Positions 12,701 to 26,014 of a stretch of DNA of 64,000 bases are shown piece by piece. The stretch lies in the NCBI GenBank assembly GCA_021613535.1, contig CP075496.1:6572001-6636000 (forward strand). Direction: 5' to 3'. Origin of the DNA: Adineta vaga (taxonomy: Eukaryota; Animalia; Rotifera). The notes below the pieces were generated by a model. The model ran no database searches and was not told where the DNA came from. It was given only the letters and a program-made list of their open reading frames with translations. The translations under genes were made by a program, and so were the position numbers. Each line of letters begins with the position of its first letter. The stretch's first letter is position 1.

Positions 12701-14937
12701 ATGATTTGTTTTTTATATACAAATAATCCAAACAAAGGTTTTCATACCTGCATAAACGCATAAATAATGTATGATATGTTTCTGTTCCATATTTTATACC
12801 ACGTAATAAACCCATTGGTGTATCCGTAGCAAGATTATTATGAAAATCGATCGCATTTAAATCTTTAACAGTAATCCACCGGAAAATTGCCCTAAGAAAA
12901 GAACATAAGAATCTTGTCGAATATTTATATCACAAGATGTCTTTTAATCTCCGGACATGAAATTAAAAAAAAACATAATGGTGGCTGTAAAGCACATAGC
13001 AGCAAAATAAAAGAAAACAAATATATATGTAGATATCAAAGGGAGAAAAAACAACTTCATTGTCATGCATAGTTTTCGTTTGATATACTTACATAAGAAC
13101 TTAAAATGACTAAATTCAAAACTAAAGTTCATCTCTCTATTAATGGCGAATGGAAATGAATAGTTATTGACTAAATTACCTGGCTTTTTCTAAATCTGTT
13201 GTAAGACCAAATGTCAATTGATCGACTAATTCAGTATATGATGTTTGATCACTTTCAGCAACAGCAATAGCTTGTTGATCAACATGTTCAAATATTGATG
13301 GATCTTGATAAAGATCACGTTTACGACGACGTGGTGGCTGAGGTGGTGGTGGTTGTCGAAGAGAAAATCCTTCTGTTCGTAGATCACCAAGACCATTTTC
13401 TGTCTAGAATAGAAGAATATAATGTCAGTCTATTCCCAAAAATAACACAAATGAGTAGATGTTTTAAAAAAGTGTATCGAATCGATTTGAAAATCTTTTC
13501 TTGTATTTCGATATGATTTCTAACAGGAAATAACGGAAGTAACATTATGTTCTTCTCTGATGCCATTAATATGATTTGATTGTGATTGATTGACTCGACA
13601 ATTGTTAATATAGCTATTAACGTATTTTTTATTGTTATAAGAATACTCTCATACAATACTATTGTCTATCTGTCATCTATTTCCTGTTGTAATCTTTCTT
13701 TTTCGAACTGAACAATGACTTGTCTACATCTGTTTTGTTCGAGTAACTGTATATGGAGCGAGACAGTATAGAAAAAAAATCTTGATAAAACTTACCAAAG
13801 CAGCTAATTCTTTTTCTTGTATTAATGTAATCATTTCTTTACTAAATTTTGAAACAAGTGAATGTGTTGTTTCTTGTTCTTTTTCCATTAATTGTTTTCG
13901 AATAATTTCACGTTTTTTCTCTCGTTTTAATGTCATATTTTGTTCTAATTCAGCTTTTTCTTTTTTAAAACGAAGAGTTAATTCCTAATAAAAACACCAA
14001 ACGATAGAAATATTCAGTCTTATCTTTTAATCATTTACTCGTTCAAGACTTTGATCCTGTTTTCTTCGTAAATCATCTTCATATCTAGTAGTTAACAGCT
14101 GCAATCGTTTTTCCCATTCATCAGTTACTTCACGTTCAAGTCTTTTTTCTTCTAATTGACGATCGACTTGAAATTTTTGAAATAATATATCTTCTTCTTC
14201 ACGATGTTTATCTTCTAAACTTTTTTGAGCACGTCGTACTTCTTCACGAGCATGTAAAACATCCTACATAAAACATATTCAAAAATAAATATTAACTGTT
14301 GATAGCAAGAATTATTCCTACAGGTGGTAGAGCAGGAAATTTATGTATAGCTGAAATTTTCTCTCGACCTAGTTGAAGTAATAGTTGAGCTTTCATCGCG
14401 TGAGCAATTGAAACTGATTGAGAATCGAGATTTGTACTCTAGAAGATAATACAGAGACGAGTTGTTGTTTTTTTAAAAGAAAAAAAGAATTTGAAATAAA
14501 GTTACTTTTAAACGATCGTCAAGTTTTTGCATAAGATTTAATTTTGGTGCTCTCATCACATTTTGTATATGAATATTTTCTGTCGAAAAAACACCTTTAC
14601 CAGATCGAGGTACATGACTTTGACAATAGATTTCTTTATCACTTAAATCAATAGAATTGGTAAAATAGGTTTTAAAATCTAATTGACGATCACATTTTAA
14701 ACATTTAAAACATAGTTTATGATAAAGAGCATCTTTAACAGGACCAATACGTTCAGTAACATAAACAAGTTGTTGACAACGTCGACATCGATCACGTGGC
14801 GATGTTAATGATGATACAGATGATGCTGATGCAATTGTTGGAATCGTTGCTGATTCTCCAGCTAAGTTAAATGAAGCAGGAGATGTACTATGACTACTGT
14901 AATTATGAGATGAATCTATGCTTGCATTTGTGTTCAT
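9743..14937 (-). CDS. Hillarin / KY / LTD-1-like LIM + coiled-coil + transglutaminase-like protein
   Basis: Multi-exon. N-terminal LIM-type CRRC...HKLCFKCLKC...YCQSH, then coiled coil, then transglutaminase-like core RAIFRWIT...GIKYGTETYHTLFMRLCS...KGHSKSVGYEPG...NTWNAVVID...FVQCNWGAR...YDEHYFLPDPEDF, then repeated KY-type beta domains (PQEGDYFIEVFA, PHDGQYGIDLYA, PRQGVYSFTIYA). Confidence 0.9.
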
Positions 14938-17900
14938 GATCTTAAAAAAACAAAAACAAAAAGAAAAAAAAATGATAAACGTCAAAAAGTCAAAAGCCGT
15001 CAAAAAAGAGACAGTAGGTGAAGAGCACGCGCATTTACTGAACAATTCATTGTTCTTCTTTTCTCTCTCTTTTACTCACTAAATATAAAGCGCTATGCTC
15101 CTATTTACAATGTCTCTGTGACAGATTAGCCTCTCATTCGCTCTTTCTTCTTCTCTCATCCATATGAAACTCACACACAATTTTGGTCGATCTGTCTCAT
15201 TTTTTCCTTCTCTTTTCTCTCTTATTAAGGACCGACAGACCAACACACTAACAACAACAAAAACACCGCGTTTCGTCTATCTATTGAACAAGTAGACATA
15301 CAGACTTTTCTCTCTTCTTCCTTTTTTTTTGTCTTCACAAAACGATGTTAATCGGCTTGATGTTGACACTAGACGACGAACAAGAAAAGTGAAACAAAAG
15401 AAGGGAAAAGATGTCGTATCATAACAAAAAATGATTCTGATGTCTTTATTAATTGTCCATAGTATGAAGGTTATCTTCGTCGAATTACTATTTATATGCA
15501 TAACAAGACGAAAAGAAAACATTCAAATGAACAAACGGAATGATGTAACAAAACCAGGGTCAAATTTTCGCTACACGCAAAGAAGAACCTCGAGGATTAG
15601 AAATCCGAGAGGAGGTTCTTCTCTTCTTTTTCAAATTTATTTCAATCACTGTATAACATAGAAAAAAATCCTAATAAAAATATACTTGTCCATTTTCTCG
15701 TATGAAGGTATAATATGAATAATAACTAACCTATGTTTATGCCACTTGAAAATCTACGTATGATAGACAAACATTTAATGAAGCGAGCAGCAATAGGATA
15801 TTTTCTCTTTTACTTCCGATGAATTTTTTTTTATCTACGAGGGAAAAATTCATAACGAAACTATTGTTGGAAAAAAGAAGTTAAATGTCGATTAAAATAA
15901 ACCTGAAAGAGAACTTTAATGGCTTTGTCTCAGTCTTATACAAATGTATTTTTGTTTTTTCTACACGACGCAAAAAACAGAACGAGAGAGGTGATATGTT
16001 AAAAAAATATTTACCTCATCGGATTAGTATTACATGTAGAAAAGATAGTAGAATCGTTTGATTTCTCTTTTATTTATCGTTGAAATGATATATATGGATG
16101 TCAGATTTCTTTTCTGTAGAGTTGATTTTTGCAGCTGTTGTTTCAAAAGAAGAATTTCATCAACTAAACGAACGACGCTTTATTTCTTCTTAGTCAAATA
16201 GAAAATCAAAAGTAAAAGGAAAGGATTTTGTCTTTCGTTCTGTCCTTCATACAGTTTCTACACCTTTGTCACATCACTACACTTATAAAATAGAGAAATT
16301 AAAGAGGAAGCAATGGACTTAGTAAAACAACAAGACAAATATGTATATTATATTTGTTTTTTTTTCTTCAAAGAAAAATGTACAGAACAGGAACAAAGAG
16401 AGCGAGAGAGAGAAATAAAAAGAAATTTAATTCTACTGAAACTATTAGACTTGGGATCAAGCCAACCTTTTACCATGGATAAGATTTCAAGAGAAAGAAG
16501 TTGATTAAAATCTAGAAATTCTCATATCAACTGACCTATACGAATTCTTGAATTTATGAGGTTCTTTGTTCTTTCTTTTTTGTGTCATGAAAATCAATAA
16601 AGATAACATTGGAAAAGGAACAGAGGTTGATGAATTGTTCGTAAACGGAAATTATACGAAACGCTTAAGTTTATTTCACATGTGTAGACAGCATGAAAGT
16701 TCATAGTTAAGATAGCAATCGAAGGGGAAAAATGCATTCTTCCTACACATCAAGAAGTTAGAACATCTAGAACATATTTTGGTAATATGAAAACTTAGTC
16801 AATCGAAACGGCCTTTCTTTCAAAATTATATTTGTATTTCTTATTTCTAATCAAGATGGCTACTCGATAAAAAGCAATGAATTCCATTAAAAGAAAATCG
16901 TTTCGAAGAACAAAAAAGAAAAGAAAAACGAACATCAATCAATATACCTACTATTGAATTGAATGAGAAAAAAAATTTCACGTGGATTTCACATTTGGAT
17001 AACAAATAAGAAATGTCAAGCAATACATTTAAATGACTGTATGAAGGGTATCCAAATTGAGTCTATCAATCCATAAAATACCACATTGGATTTTATGGAC
17101 ATGTCACAGCTTTATCACAGCTGTCGCTGGTTAACAATATTGTTTAGAGTTGATTGAGTTTTGAAGAAAAAGAATTATTTTAGCATTAAACATTCGAAGA
17201 AAAGAACCTTTGTCTATTTTATATTAAATCACAATTATTGCAGTCTTTTTAAAGAGTAACTATAACGGTGTAGCATAAGAATACTATTAAAAATCAATTG
17301 TACAAGACAATTACTAAAGAATTTTGCTTTTAATGTAATGATTTCTTGTATAAAAATGAAACAATTAGGAAGTTAATTAACATTTCACTTGTTGAATTTT
17401 ATCGTTATCATGCTGTGTTGTTTCAACCGTAATGAATGAACAAATCAGTCATATCATCAATTTTATAATTGTTCGAAACTAATGAGTTACATATTATCTG
17501 CTATGCTAGATTATTAACCAAAGTTAAAACATCTCTTGTCTCTGTAATCAAATGAAAATAATTAGTAGAATCCATCTTGTAAAAAGATGATATTTTATAA
17601 ACTAATAATTCTCATTTCATTGAACATGAAAATTCCTTTTCTTTTTACTCACATAACACAAACCCAACGAATATTCGATTCTATCATTATATTTTATATA
17701 ATGGAAATGAAATACTCATTACTAATTAACCAATGAAAAGTAAACTTTTTTCTTTCTATTGATTAATATAATTGTTTCAAATAAAATCAATAGTAGCAAG
17801 AATATCTTTTGAAAAATTCATAATTAATAGACAAGATTTTTTCATAATTTAATGATTATATGCACTACTGCCATCTACATTCATGTATTCAGTTCAATTG

Positions 17901-17991
17901 GCCATTGAACATCGTTCTTTGTATACATGCCTTGTTTCTCTTCTCTTACTCTTATCAGTATGCTTCCATCAGAGATTTCATCGAAATAATC

Positions 17992-20577
17992 ATGTTCGAT
18001 AGGTTAATTTCTCAAAATTATTTACTTCTTTTATTAAATATCGATCCCACACAACCTTCTCCATTAGTCAATACGAATTTATTAAATATTCGTAATGTTT
18101 ATTCATCATTTATCACAATTAATCGTGAAGCACATGTTTGGTATCAAGAAGTGTACCATACTTTAGAAAAAATTCAATTCGGTGGTTCACTTGGTACAAA
18201 TGGATTGTTGCTAAAAGGTTCAAAAAAATCTTTAAATATTGTTAAACGTATTTATTGTCAACGTTTATTACAACCACCTTATGGTTTTATGATATCAGAT
18301 CTTGGTAAGAGAGTTGTTTCTTTTTTTCTGTCGATAATATAAGATCAGAAGGCAAATAAGAAGAAGCATTGTATAGAGACAAACAGAAAAAAAACAATGA
18401 AACGATAATTGTGAATATTGTCTATGAATTTCTTCTTTAAATAATGTAATATCAGCTAATTTCTGTAATCGATTAAAATCCAGATCTTGAAGAAGTATAC
18501 CAGACTCAAAATAATAACAGAGACCAAGAATAAAGTAAAAACATATAGCGCATATGCTGATAATACTTAAAATAATTAATACCGAAGAAGAAATAATGTA
18601 TTGAACTGATCGGGAGTTGGAGATTGGAAGAATATTGGTCGTTTGAAGAATACTAAGAATTGATTTAGATATATAACTATTGCGTTTTTCTAATATTTTC
18701 GACATCTGAAATTTGAGAACGGTAAATTAATAGTTTTAAATCTTTTATCGAGGTAAAATGAAATGTGCAAACAGAAGTTTTATAATTTAGATACTCATTA
18801 GTTAGTACGTATAGGTAAAGTTGAAGGAAGACAAACAACTATGTTCTCGACAAACTAAAGCAAAAGTGTTGCAACAGACACATCTATTCGTGATGAGAAA
18901 ATAGGAACTTTCGTTTGGTTTACATACGTTTGATCTTGTAAAATGATTTTTTTTCGAATAAAAGAGATAATGAGTGTTAGTCAATGCGCCTAATCTTTTT
19001 TGTTTTCTTTTTCTAGTTGAATTAAGTAATATTCATGTGAAAAAACAAGAACGTGATCCACTTATATCTTTACCTAATGTCTTATGTTTGATAATCAATG
19101 ATATCAATCGTCGTAGTGCTGGTTATGGTGCATCAATGGATGAAATTAAAACAACATTAAAATTACAATTTCCTGAATTTCCATTACCAACAGATGATAT
19201 TCTTTATAGTACAATTGGTACATTGATTCAAGACAAAATTCTATTACTTAAAAGTAAGATTTAACAGTTAAGAAACTATAGATCGAAAAACAAAGATCGT
19301 TATAATTTTATTTTTTATCTATTTAGACGGTGGTTATACAACATTACCTTGTGAACAAGCAAAACAAGTTAAAACACAATTTATAACAAAAGATCATAAA
19401 CTTCATTCAAGTAAGTGTTTTTGAAACGTGAATATTTTTGAAAAAAATATATTATCTTAATTTAGATGAACCTAAATCGATATTTTCACGTTTAATACAC
19501 GGTTTTCGTCGTCGTGATCAAAATCATTCACCACCATTTGCTTTCAATGCTCAATTACTTTCTTCTCCAACATCAAATCCTCATTATCAAGCTCCTCGTG
19601 TTGTTACAGATTACGGTATGATTGAATCCAATGCTCAATTTCGTGCATCATCACGTTCACATCCACATACCATGCGACGTGCATCATTACGTACACATTC
19701 AACAGATACTCGTCATCAACAACATCCACAACAACTTCTTCCAACACCATCATCATCATCATCAGTAGCAGCAGCAGCAGCACAAATGCGTCGTCCTCGA
19801 CCACGTTCCTTTAGTTTTGATGAACAACTATCAATCATTGATGATGATGATGAATCAGTTGTACATGATATGCCATTTAGTGTTGCTCCAGTTCGTCCAT
19901 TTCAGCATCAACATCAACATCAACATCAACAACAACAACAACAGATGCAACAGCAACAGTTGCAACCTCAACATCGTCGTCTGAATACGTCAAAAGTTAG
20001 TTCACGTTGTCGCGCGCGTCGTCGTCGTTCGCGATCATTAACTAAACGGACGAATAATCGACAAACAAATTCACAACATCACCATCAACAACAACACGAA
20101 TGGTTACATACAACCGATAATCATCAACCATCAACATCAAGTGAAGAAATTGATGATGACGATGATGACGATGACGATGATGATGATGCAGAAAATGAAG
20201 CACATTTTTCACCACGTTCAACATCAACAGCAGCAAATCGACCACGTAACCGTAAACCTCTACTACACGCATCAGATTTTGATCGACGTTTATGTGAAGC
20301 AGCAACAACAATTCAACCCAATGATCAAGAAAGTTCTTCGCCTATTAATAAAGAAAATATTCAACATCATACAAGTCCTGTTTCACAGCCATCAACTGAA
20401 CCTGATGATATGAATTTAATTGTTTATAGTAATCATAATAATAATGATTTATTGAATGCAACATTAATAAGTCGAAAAAGTGAAACAAATACATCATTAA
20501 AAAAATTAACATGTCATGAACAACTGATTGCCATTCGTTATGGTTCACCAGATTCGGGTATTAGCGGAAAAACTTGA
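17992..20577 (+). CDS. STOX: Storkhead-box winged-helix protein (STOX1/2, knockout-like)
   Basis: Exon 1 ...YCQRLLQPPYGFMISDL splices (18304 to 19017) to LISLPNVLCLIINDIN...EIKTTLKLQFPEFPLPTDDILYSTIGTLIQDKIL, matching the Storkhead winged helix. Long low-complexity C-terminal exon (polyQ, polyD). Start codon uncertain. Confidence 0.8.
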
Positions 20578-20899
20578 TAAAATTTCTCAGGAATTTTCTT
20601 TTTCTTCTTATTGTATATTTGACTAAATTATATCTGAAATTTTCTTCGCAAGAAATCAACTTGTTATTCTTCTTCCTTTTCTTTTTTGTTTGATAATAAT
20701 TATAATAAAAGAAGATCTTTTTTGTTCTGTTCTTTGTGATTGTATAGCTTTTGCTATGCTTTCTTCTAAATGCTTATCTTTTCTATGTTTCTGCTGCTTT
20801 CAGGTTTGAGTGTCTTTACCTATGCAATGCTCAACTACTACTTCAGTTCATGATTTACATATTATTGACGACGTGAATAATATTGTTCGCTGGCATCGA

Positions 20900-22718
20900 A
20901 TGTCTCAATGTCCAGTGTGTTTACAATTAATACCATATGGTATGTGCAGATATTTGCATGCAATAAAAAGAAACCATCTTCACAGATGTCGATCATACAT
21001 ATTTCTTTTGTATACGAAAAATTCGTTCGAGTTCATTTTCACACAAATGCACTGCTTTGAAAAAATTAGTTATTATTTATAATAGAGTTTACTGTATACT
21101 GTAACTTATTTTTAGACGAACGACGATTAATAGGAGTCAAAGTTTTACATAGTGCTTGCATCATTTGCGTCGAATGTCATAAATCAATTGGTGAAGGAGC
21201 TTTTGAACAGGTTTGTTTCATTTGAGATAATTTTGCTTTCATTTATTCTACTCATCTTTAGCATAATGATGAAATTCTTTGTATCAATTGTTTTAATAAT
21301 CTGAATAAATCATCAATAGATTCTTCATCTCCACCTTTGACAAGGAATGATCAATCTTTGATAAAAGAAGAAACACTCATCAACAGTGAACCATCAATAA
21401 ATTCAGCTGCTCGTTATGGATCAATGAAGTAAATTTATTTTTGATTTAGATTTTATCATTTAATCAATAATCTTTTAAATAGATCATTTATCGAACGAGT
21501 TCATTTATACAATGAATATAATCAAAAGAAAACATCACATCTAACTGTTACTGAGGTATAATCTTGTTGATTAAAAATAAAATCTTATTTTTTTCTACTT
21601 TAGAATGATGGTAAAATACGTGTATCGGGTATGCTCCGTATTTATTGGAATATTAATACGCCAATTAAACTTAAATCAGGCCAATCAATACCACTTGGTA
21701 ATTATCAATTTTTTTGTTATTCTATTTTGATCTCTTCAGAACTTTTTCATGCATAGGTTTATATCCAAAATCATTAGGTATTTATGATATAAATGAGGAG
21801 AAATTGAATAATGACAATGGTATTGATCAACAATTATCTAAGGTTAGTTAATAATTCAAATCTTTTATACAAAACAATAGCTATTTTCTGCATAATTGAT
21901 TATTCAATAATAAAACAAGATTTTCTGAGGGCTTAATTAATAATTAAATATATAGTCAAGTACTATGTAAATATCGTTATAAGATTCAAAGATTAAGATT
22001 ATTTTCTTTATTCTAGAATCTTGATACAATCTCTAAACGTTTATGTTATGATGATACTATTCTATCAAAACTATCTCTCAATGATGATGATAATGCTAAT
22101 CAAGCAGCAAATCTGAGACGCGTTCAAACAATTCGTGTTGCACAAAACCATCGTAAACCATTACGTATGGCTTTACCGACATTCATCTCATCATCGAATG
22201 AAGATGATGAAGTATGCAATAGTTTTTTTCTTCTTCGAAATCGGAAAGTAAAACATGATTTATTGTCTTTTTTCTAGGCTCGTTCATTCATTCCAGCTAA
22301 AGATAGTATGACAACAGTGTATGTCGATAGTGAAACAACAGTTCATGAAACGATAAATCTTTTATTTTCAAAACATTTTATTGAAGAATTAAATTCGAAT
22401 GGATTTGCATTATATAAAGTTGAACGTCGCAATGGCAATTGTATTGAAATGAGTGATGATGATTATCCACTTATCTTACGTATTTTAGCTGGCCCATTTG
22501 AGAATGATATTTTATTCTATTTAATGGAACATGGAAAATCGAAAACTGTCCCAATAGAAGTTTCCAATTATCTTGTTCTTCCAGAATCCATGTTGCGCGC
22601 ATTTATTGATAAATTTTCTTTTGAAGAAATTGAAAATATCCATATGATTAAACGAAAATATTTAGCTTATAAACAATTACTTTTAAGACAATTTGAAATG
22701 GCTATTAGTCAATCTTAA
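20900..22718 (+). CDS. RASSF: LIM-domain RASSF (RASSF2/4-type, LIM-RA-SARAH)
   Basis: Spliced LIM domain (CPVC...HSACIICVEC...CINC); RASSF2/4-type motif GKIRVSGMLRIYWNINTPIKL; RA domain (TTVYVDSETTVHETINLLFSKHFIE...FALY...DDDYPLILRILAGP); SARAH-like C-terminus (ESMLRAFIDKFSFEEIENIHMIKRKY). Confidence 0.85.
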
Positions 22719-22822
22719 TAAACAAAAAAGAATATTTCACAAATTTTTTTTTCCATAATAAATTTCATTGATGTTATGCTATGTTCCATTTTTAGATCTT
22801 AATTTTTTGGTTTATTTTCTTT

Positions 22823-23977
22823 ATGGCTGATAAGTCAGATCAAAATGATGATATACTCGATGGAATTTATCCTCGAATGAAGTAAGATAACGTTCATTTA
22901 ATGAATGAATATCTCTACTCATTCGTATTTTAGTATTTTACAAGCAGAAAAAATTGGTTTTACAGATATTGATGAATATTTTATGGGATATGGCAAACGT
23001 GGAACAGCAGTTATTATCAATAATAGAGATTTTCATCCTAGTACAGGTTTGTATTCGATATTTCATTAAGAAAATAGTTTCAAATATTCATTTGACAATG
23101 TATGATGTTGAATATGATTGTATTTAGGTTTGAATACTCGTGATGGTACAAATATGGATGCAAGTCGATTAGATATAACATTCTCTGGTCTTGGTTTTGA
23201 TACAAAAGTATATCACAATCGAACAGCATTACAAATTTTAACAATTGTTGAACAAGGTAAATAAATAATTATTTTGAATCAATAAAAAAAACCTTTCGAA
23301 ATTCAAATACATCCTTCAGAAGCCAAAACAGATCATTCAAAATGTGATGCTTTTATATTTGTTTTGTTATCACATGGTGATGAACGTGATGTTGTCTATG
23401 GTTTTGATCAACCATTAAATATCAGTACATTAACTGAACCATTCAAACGATCGGCAAATACTCTACTTGGCAAACCGAAAATATTCATTTTTCAAGTAAG
23501 TATTTAAAGATTTGTTATGATTATATTCATTATATTTCATTATGAAGGCATGTCGTGGTCAAAAAGTAATGACATCTCATCAAAAAGTACACAGAAAGGA
23601 TAATAATGAAATACTTGGTATTACATCACATATACCTTCGGAAGCAGATTTTCTTATGGTATATTCAACTATACCTGGTAAGATTTGGTCACAATAATAG
23701 ATTAATGATTATTTCACTATCAATATGTCGTTATTTAGGCTATTATGCTTGGCGTAATTCTGCTAAAGGTTCATGGTTTATTCAAGCTCTATGCGATATG
23801 TTACATAAACATGGTAACGAATGGGATTTGTTAAGAATTTTAACAAAAGTTAATCGTCGTGTAGCAATGGATTACCATTCAAATTGTTCGGATTCTTATA
23901 TGAATCAACGTCAACAAATTCCTGTTTTTGTTTCAACATTAACCAAAGATCTTAAATTATTTTCTAAATTTAAATAA
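22823..23977 (+). CDS. Short-prodomain (effector-type) caspase, caspase-3/7-like
   Basis: Six exons. RGTAVIINNRDF, RDGTNMDA, LLSHG, GKPKIFIFQ|ACRG, IPSEADFL, GYYAWRNSAKGSWFIQALC, QIPVFVSTLTK. Confidence 0.95.
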
Positions 23978-24119
23978 CTTTTGTATATTAAACATCAATA
24001 TTTCTATTCTTAATTGTGTCTGTCAGATACACAAATTCAAATGAATTTATTCAGATTCTCCTTTTTTTCCTCTCGCTCTCTCTCTGGTTTGCTGTGAATA
24101 TACAAATAAAAATTTCTAT

Positions 24120-25579
24120 CTAAGTCATTTTGTTTAAAGTAAATGTTGGAAAAATGAAAAATATTGAAATAAATATAGCAAGAATAATCAAGAGAAAGAA
24201 TGAGCAACATAAACATTCACTAAGTCGTGCTTGTTTACGCCATTGATAACGTTGATAATCTTCAATTTTCAATGATTCTTCTCGTTGAATTAATTGTTTT
24301 AATAAGAAATCTGATCCTCCACTATGATCTACATAATTTCGATTTGAACCACGTGCTATTAATTTCACTCGTGATAAATGTTCATCTTGAGTTTCATCAT
24401 CGTCTTTTTTACGTAACCAATTCGAAAGGAAATGTATTCCACCAAAATAAATCGAATGAATAATATGATCAAAAAATAAGGATAAAATTTCCATTAAAAA
24501 TACAATTGATAAATATCGAATGATCAATGGTGTATAAGATAATTGTTCTGCTGATATTTTCCGATCGAGATGAATGATAAACATTAATGTTGCGAATATA
24601 TGTAATAAACCAATGATTAAACGTTGATAGGATTCAATTGATGCAAAATAAAAGACAAAGATAAAAACAGAGAAGAATAATGTTGGTAAAATCGTTGTAT
24701 AGATATGAGATTCTCGACGACGTTGAATAAGAACATAGATACTTAGTTGATCTAAATTTTCATTTGTTCTTTTCGGTTCAATGCCAAGCGTTCGAATAAA
24801 CCAGCCACGTGAAAGAATTGGTTTACTTGTATGATTTGTATGTTGAAAAGTAAGTGATTGATTTTCGTTTGTATTTTTCAACTCAGGAAAATCAAATAAT
24901 CTTGACCATAGACTAAGAGAACGGGATTGTTGTGAATTTATATTAGAAATATTCATATCTTGATATTGTAATTTTAATCGTTGTTCTCGATTAAACATAT
25001 TGATTCGAAGATATTGTCGATCAAATGGATAATAAGTTAGATCAATAGGAGAAATGATTGAGAATAAACCACGACGTATCCATCGTATTTGACCATCACG
25101 AGTAATTTTTGCTGATTCATTTTCAACATTAAATGTAAGAAAATCTTCATCAACTAAATGAATATCAGGTAACCAAAGTGTTTGTAGAAGTGTTTTTGTT
25201 AAGAGAATTTCATCAATATCATGATAATGATTTCGTGTATCATTTGCATTCCAATGAATAAGATCAAATTGATAATCAAGTTGTATTGTAGCACGAAAAA
25301 GATATTCATTTGTTAACGAATCAATTTTAATTATTTCATGAATAGGAAATTGAATATCAAATGGTAATGTTGTTTGACTTTCACGAAAATTTCGAGCAGC
25401 TAAACGATATCTAAATTAGAATAATTAGTATCAAATATGAGATTAATCTGATTTTAAAAATACCTTCCGACAATTTCTGTAAGTAATTCATGTTTAGGAT
25501 CAATTGTTGTTCCAAATGGATCAATTGCTGCTTGAATTGATATAACCATAGTTATCATACATATACTTAGTTGAATCAT
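24120..25579 (-). CDS. Divergent nicotinic-type pentameric ligand-gated ion channel subunit lacking both Cys-loop cysteines
   Basis: Two exons (25579-25464 and about 25410-24120). Signal peptide, then LWLPDI, DGQIRW, loop SPIDLTYYPFDRQYL, pre-M1 IQRR...ILP, four TM helices, M2-M3 TPLIIRY, and pre-M4 QWRKQARLSE. Confidence 0.85.
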
Positions 25580-26014
25580 TGTTGAATGACTTTTTCGATT
25601 GAGTCGTGATCGATATGGAGGCGCGACATATGTAAATGGTTAATATTTACTTAAGGATCGAACTACGATGACAACAATAACAGTACAAAAAACGCCATTG
25701 TCCACACCTACAACGACACATACACACGTACGCGAACGAATAGAATCAATTTAATGATGTTCGAACGGGAGAAAAGACATGAAATATTTGACATGTCTTA
25801 AGTTGACTCTGATCGATCGAATCAATTGCGAAAGAAACACTAGAATACTCTTTTTGATGTATATGTCAATATATGTATATAGTTATATATTTGTAGAAAT
25901 AAAAAAGAAAAGAAAAATCATGTCACAAGAAAGACTCAACGGGTTTGAACAAAACAAAAAAAGAAATAAACAAACCGGTTTTGAAAAAAGAACATACAAT
26001 AAAAGATCTTTTAT

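Noticed and set aside
19604-20548. Antisense and alternative-frame ORFs over the STOX tail (similar shadows at 1635-2269 and 25945-26427)
   Set aside because: Shadows of the real CDS caused by codon bias and trinucleotide repeats.
20550-20577. DSGISG at the STOX C-terminus as a beta-TrCP degron
   Set aside because: Spacing does not match DSGxxS; insufficient support.
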